Below, piece after piece: positions 60,410-64,000 of a stretch of DNA of 64,000 bases. Origin of the DNA: an uncultured virus (IMG/VR IMGVR_UViG_3300020182_000026). Lineage: Duplodnaviria > Heunggongvirae > Uroviricota > Caudoviricetes. Location: positions 1-64,000 of the IMG/VR virus record IMGVR_UViG_3300020182_000026. One strand, written 5' to 3'. The notes beneath the pieces are model-generated. The model saw only the letters and a list, made by a program, of their open reading frames with translations, had not been told where the DNA came from and did no database searches. The translations under genes and the position numbers were made by a program. Positions within the stretch are counted from its first letter, which is position 1. Each line of letters starts with the position of its first letter.

Positions 60410-63400
60410 ATGAGTATAACAAAGGTAAGCAAGTTTGTACTAGAAGATAACAGTGTTTCGTTATCCAAACTAGATACAACTAGTGCATTTGAAGGGCAAA
60501 TTTTAGCAGTTGGTGCAGGTAACACTCTACAATTTGAAGATAAACTTGTAACAGAGGATGTTGAAGATATTGTAGCGGGTTTAATCCTACGAGGAAATCA
60601 CACTAATATCTCAGTCTCGTATGTAGATGGTACGAACCAACTTAACTTGAATGCAAGCGGAGCGGTTACAAGTGTAAACACTCAGACCGGAGCAGTGGTT
60701 TTAGACACAGATAATATAAATGAAGGTGCAGGAAATCTTTATTATACAGATGCTAGATTTAATACTGCACTTGGACTAAAAACTACAGATAATCTTTCTG
60801 AAGGTACGCTCAACCTGTACTTTACAGATCAAAGAGTACACGATGCAATTAGTGTCACTGATTTAAGTGGAGACGGTTCTCTTACATATTCAAACGGTAT
60901 TATCACATATACCGGCCCATCAGCAAATGAAGTCCGCGCCCATTTCTCAGCCGGAACCGGCGTTTCTATTTCAAATGGGGAAATCTCAATCGGACAGGAT
61001 GTATCTCCTTCAAGTAACGTGGTATTCAATGATATTAATGCAACTAACAATGTTATTATTGACGGCAACTTAACTGTATCTGGTACAACGACTACTGTAT
61101 TCTCCGAAACAACACGTATCAATGAAAACTTATTATACCTTAACGAAGGCGGAGAAACGACAATCACTGGTGCCGTCGGTAATGGCACAACAGTAACATA
61201 TACTGCGGACAATACATATAGTTTAGGTTATACAGTTGATATTACGGGTGTAAATCCAAGTAGCTTTAACATTGAAGATGGTATAGTTACTGCGGCAGAT
61301 GCCACATCATTTACTATTACAAGCTCAGTCACAGATACATATGTATCAGGTGGTGAATCATATGGACATGCGCATGTTAACGCAGACTTAGGTTGGGTAG
61401 GTGCATACGATGACGGAACATACGCACACAGTGGTTTATTCAGAGATGCATCAGACGGTGTATTTAAAATCTTTGATAGTTATACTGTTGAGCCAAGCGA
61501 CAGTTCGAATATTAACATAGCACATGCGTCTTATAATTCAGCATCTATGCTTGTAGATAATTTAACAGCAGAAGGTAACATTTCAGCAACAAATATTTCA
61601 GGTGATGGTACAAACATCACTAACGTTCTTACAAACTATACAACTACAAATCTGGTAGAAGGAACAAATCTATATTTTACAGATGAAAGAGTAGATGACA
61701 GAGTTGCTGCATTGATGACTCCAGGTACAAATATCACTATGCAGTACGATGATATTGCTGGCACGTTTACAATAAATGCAAATGGTTTAACAGGTAATAC
61801 TACAGATGATTTACTTGAAGGCGCAAGTAACCTGTACCATACAAATGAACGTGTCGATGACCGTGTCGCAGACCTACTAGTCGCTGGTAATAATATTACA
61901 TTAACTTATAACGATACTGCTGGAACAATAACAATCGATGGCATCGAAGATGATTTTTCAAATAATACTACTGATAATCTTTCTGAAGGTGCAACAAACT
62001 TATACTTCACTGATGAACGTGCGCAAGATGCAGTTGCATCAGCACTAGTAGCAGGCACCAATACTAATATTGTTTATGATGACAATGCTAATACTATCAC
62101 TATTTCTGCAACACCAACAGGCGGCTTTGATTTATCACAGAACACAACAGATGATTTAACAGAAGGTTCAACGAATCTTTATTATACAGATGCACGTGTT
62201 AGAGAAGCGTTAACTGTAGTAGACACAAGTGAGTTTGATACCTTCTCGTTTGATGAAAATACTGGCGTGATTTCACATCAAGGTGTTTCTACATCAGATA
62301 TTAGACAGACGCTAACTGGCGGAACTGGGGTAATTTATAACAATACGACTGGCGAAATCTCAATTGGACAAGACGTTGGTATAGCTGCTGACGTGCAGTT
62401 TGCGAATATGGTTTTAACTGGTAATCTAACAGTTACTGGCGCATATACAGTTGTAAATACTGAAACAATAAATCTTGCGGATAATATTCTTCTATTAAAC
62501 TCAAATGAAACTGGAGTACCAACACAATCAGGTGGTATTGAAATTGAACGTGGTACTGACTTAAATGTGTCATTCTTGTGGAATGAAGGCAGTGATTATT
62601 GGTCACTGGGTGCTGAGAACTTATTCACTAGTGGTACGTTCTTAGGAGATTTACAAGGTAATGTAATTGGTAATGTTACTGGTCAAATCACAGATATTTC
62701 CAATCATGTGACTGATGACCTATCAGAAGGTTTTAGTAACTTATATTGGACAGATACGCGCTTTAATGATGCATTTGAAGGAAAAGATTCAGATGACCTG
62801 TCTGAAGGTATAACAAATCTTTATTGGACAATCCCGCGCGGTCGAGGCGCAATAAGTGCAACTGGTGACTTGACTTATAATAGTGGCACTGGTGTTGTGC
62901 ATTTTAATTTAACAGAACATACAACCAGTGAGTTGCCTGAAGGTACAAACTTATATTATACCGAAGCGAGAGCGGATACACGTGTTGATGTTTTAAGAAC
63001 AGACTTAGCAACATCTGGTGATGCAAACGTACATTTCGATAATATTTCAAACGTGCCCGCAGTAACAAAAGATGTTCTGACTGGTGACAATACAAATGCT
63101 ACATTCAACCTAAGCGCAACACCAGGAAATGCAGATGCAGTAATCGTAACTATGAACGGTGTCACTCAGATGCCAGGTTCAGATTATTCAGTTACCGGCT
63201 CTACGATTACATTTACAACGACCCCACCTGCAGGACAGATAATTCTGGTTCGACATGTTGGTTACCAAATTGTAGGCTCAGTAGCAGATAACGATTTGTC
63301 ACTGACTGGTGGCACAATGAGCGGTTCAATTCTTGTTAATGCAGATAATCAATATGACTTGGGTAGTACAACTAACCAATGGCGTACTATTTATGGACAT

Positions 63401-63796
63401 GAAATTGAAGCTACGTTTGCTGACCTTGCAGAACGCTATGCGTCCGATGCTCCGTATACAGTCGGCACTGTTGTTATATATGGCGGTGAAGCAGAAATCA
63501 CAACAACAGTAGATGAAATGGATGTTTCTGTAGCTGGTATTATATCTGGTTCACCTGCACTTAAAATGAATTCAGCAGCAGGTAATTCACAAACTCACCC
63601 ATATGTTGCCCTTAAAGGTCGAGTCCCTTGTCAGGTAATTGGACCAGTAACAAAGGGTGATTTGTTAGTGACATCATCAACTCCAGGCTTTGCGAAATCA
63701 GTAGGCAAACGAGATTTAGGTCTAGCTGTACTTGCTAAAGCACTCGAAACTAATTTAGATGACGGTAGAAAAATGGTTGAAGTTGCGGTTGTTTAG
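60410..63796 (+). CDS. long tail fibre/appendage-like protein
   Basis: about nine TTDxLxEGxxNLYxT repeats; C-terminal FADLAERY...ALKGRVP domain. Confidence 0.7.
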   Translation: MSITKVSKFVLEDNSVSLSKLDTTSAFEGQILAVGAGNTLQFEDKLVTEDVEDIVAGLILRGNHTNISVSYVDGTNQLNLNASGAVTSVNTQTGAVVLDTDNINEGAGNLYYTDARFNTALGLKTTDNLSEGTLNLYFTDQRVHDAISVTDLSGDGSLTYSNGIITYTGPSANEVRAHFSAGTGVSISNGEISIGQDVSPSSNVVFNDINATNNVIIDGNLTVSGTTTTVFSETTRINENLLYLNEGGETTITGAVGNGTTVTYTADNTYSLGYTVDITGVNPSSFNIEDGIVTAADATSFTITSSVTDTYVSGGESYGHAHVNADLGWVGAYDDGTYAHSGLFRDASDGVFKIFDSYTVEPSDSSNINIAHASYNSASMLVDNLTAEGNISATNISGDGTNITNVLTNYTTTNLVEGTNLYFTDERVDDRVAALMTPGTNITMQYDDIAGTFTINANGLTGNTTDDLLEGASNLYHTNERVDDRVADLLVAGNNITLTYNDTAGTITIDGIEDDFSNNTTDNLSEGATNLYFTDERAQDAVASALVAGTNTNIVYDDNANTITISATPTGGFDLSQNTTDDLTEGSTNLYYTDARVREALTVVDTSEFDTFSFDENTGVISHQGVSTSDIRQTLTGGTGVIYNNTTGEISIGQDVGIAADVQFANMVLTGNLTVTGAYTVVNTETINLADNILLLNSNETGVPTQSGGIEIERGTDLNVSFLWNEGSDYWSLGAENLFTSGTFLGDLQGNVIGNVTGQITDISNHVTDDLSEGFSNLYWTDTRFNDAFEGKDSDDLSEGITNLYWTIPRGRGAISATGDLTYNSGTGVVHFNLTEHTTSELPEGTNLYYTEARADTRVDVLRTDLATSGDANVHFDNISNVPAVTKDVLTGDNTNATFNLSATPGNADAVIVTMNGVTQMPGSDYSVTGSTITFTTTPPAGQIILVRHVGYQIVGSVADNDLSLTGGTMSGSILVNADNQYDLGSTTNQWRTIYGHEIEATFADLAERYASDAPYTVGTVVIYGGEAEITTTVDEMDVSVAGIISGSPALKMNSAAGNSQTHPYVALKGRVPCQVIGPVTKGDLLVTSSTPGFAKSVGKRDLGLAVLAKALETNLDDGRKMVEVAVV

Positions 63797-63931
63797 TGTT
63801 ATAATACGTTTATAAATTAACTATAAATTAAACTCAAATGGTGTTTACGATAAATACTATTAGATAATGCTGATCCCCTATTCCAGTGTTGTCTATAACA
63901 AATCGATTTATATATAGACGGGAGAAATAAT

Positions 63932-64000
63932 ATGGCTGCATATGCAATCCAATTCCGCCGTGGTAATACTACTCAACATAACTCTTTCACAGGTCTTCTG
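63932..64000 (+). CDS. 5' end of a further fibre-like gene (truncated by window)
   Basis: GGAGA RBS; MAAYAIQFRRGNTTQHNSFTG; GATAAATA at 63849. Confidence 0.65.
   Translation, partial: MAAYAIQFRRGNTTQHNSFTGLL

Noticed and set aside
56756..63796. Diversity-generating retroelement TR/VR pair
   Set aside because: Shared blocks differ mostly at synonymous positions rather than specifically at adenines; no reverse transcriptase in the window
1..64000. Stop-codon reassignment
   Set aside because: Conserved genes are full length under the standard code, and TAA, TAG and TGA all end coupled genes

Overview
An AT-rich, gene-dense segment of a large T4-like (myovirus) phage genome. Left to right it holds: an accessory metabolic block (SGNH hydrolase, cupin, two paralogous unknowns, then a minus-strand operon of six tandem radical SAM genes and three GT-A glycosyltransferase-like genes); a minus-strand baseplate/tail module (2995-aa giant protein, gp6-, gp25-, gp5-, gp53-, gp48/54-like) interrupted by SGNH/unknown/ClpP; late sigma factor gp55, gp47, an SDR and gp46; small basic proteins; a GIY-YIG nuclease; a hub/chaperone gene and a tape-measure-like gene; the head module (portal, acidic core, protease, scaffold, major capsid); and three tail-fibre-like genes. 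The strongest unannotated signals are in 45.0-47.2 kb. They are a ~420-nt structured non-coding element (46450-46870, minus strand) between two TATAAATA late promoters directly upstream of the GIY-YIG gene, a promoter-to-terminator ~110-nt sRNA with an anti-Shine-Dalgarno CU-rich loop, and a probable -1 ribosomal frameshift extending the hub/chaperone gene. I saw no tRNA, CRISPR array or reverse transcriptase. All product calls come from motif recognition by eye, not database searches.
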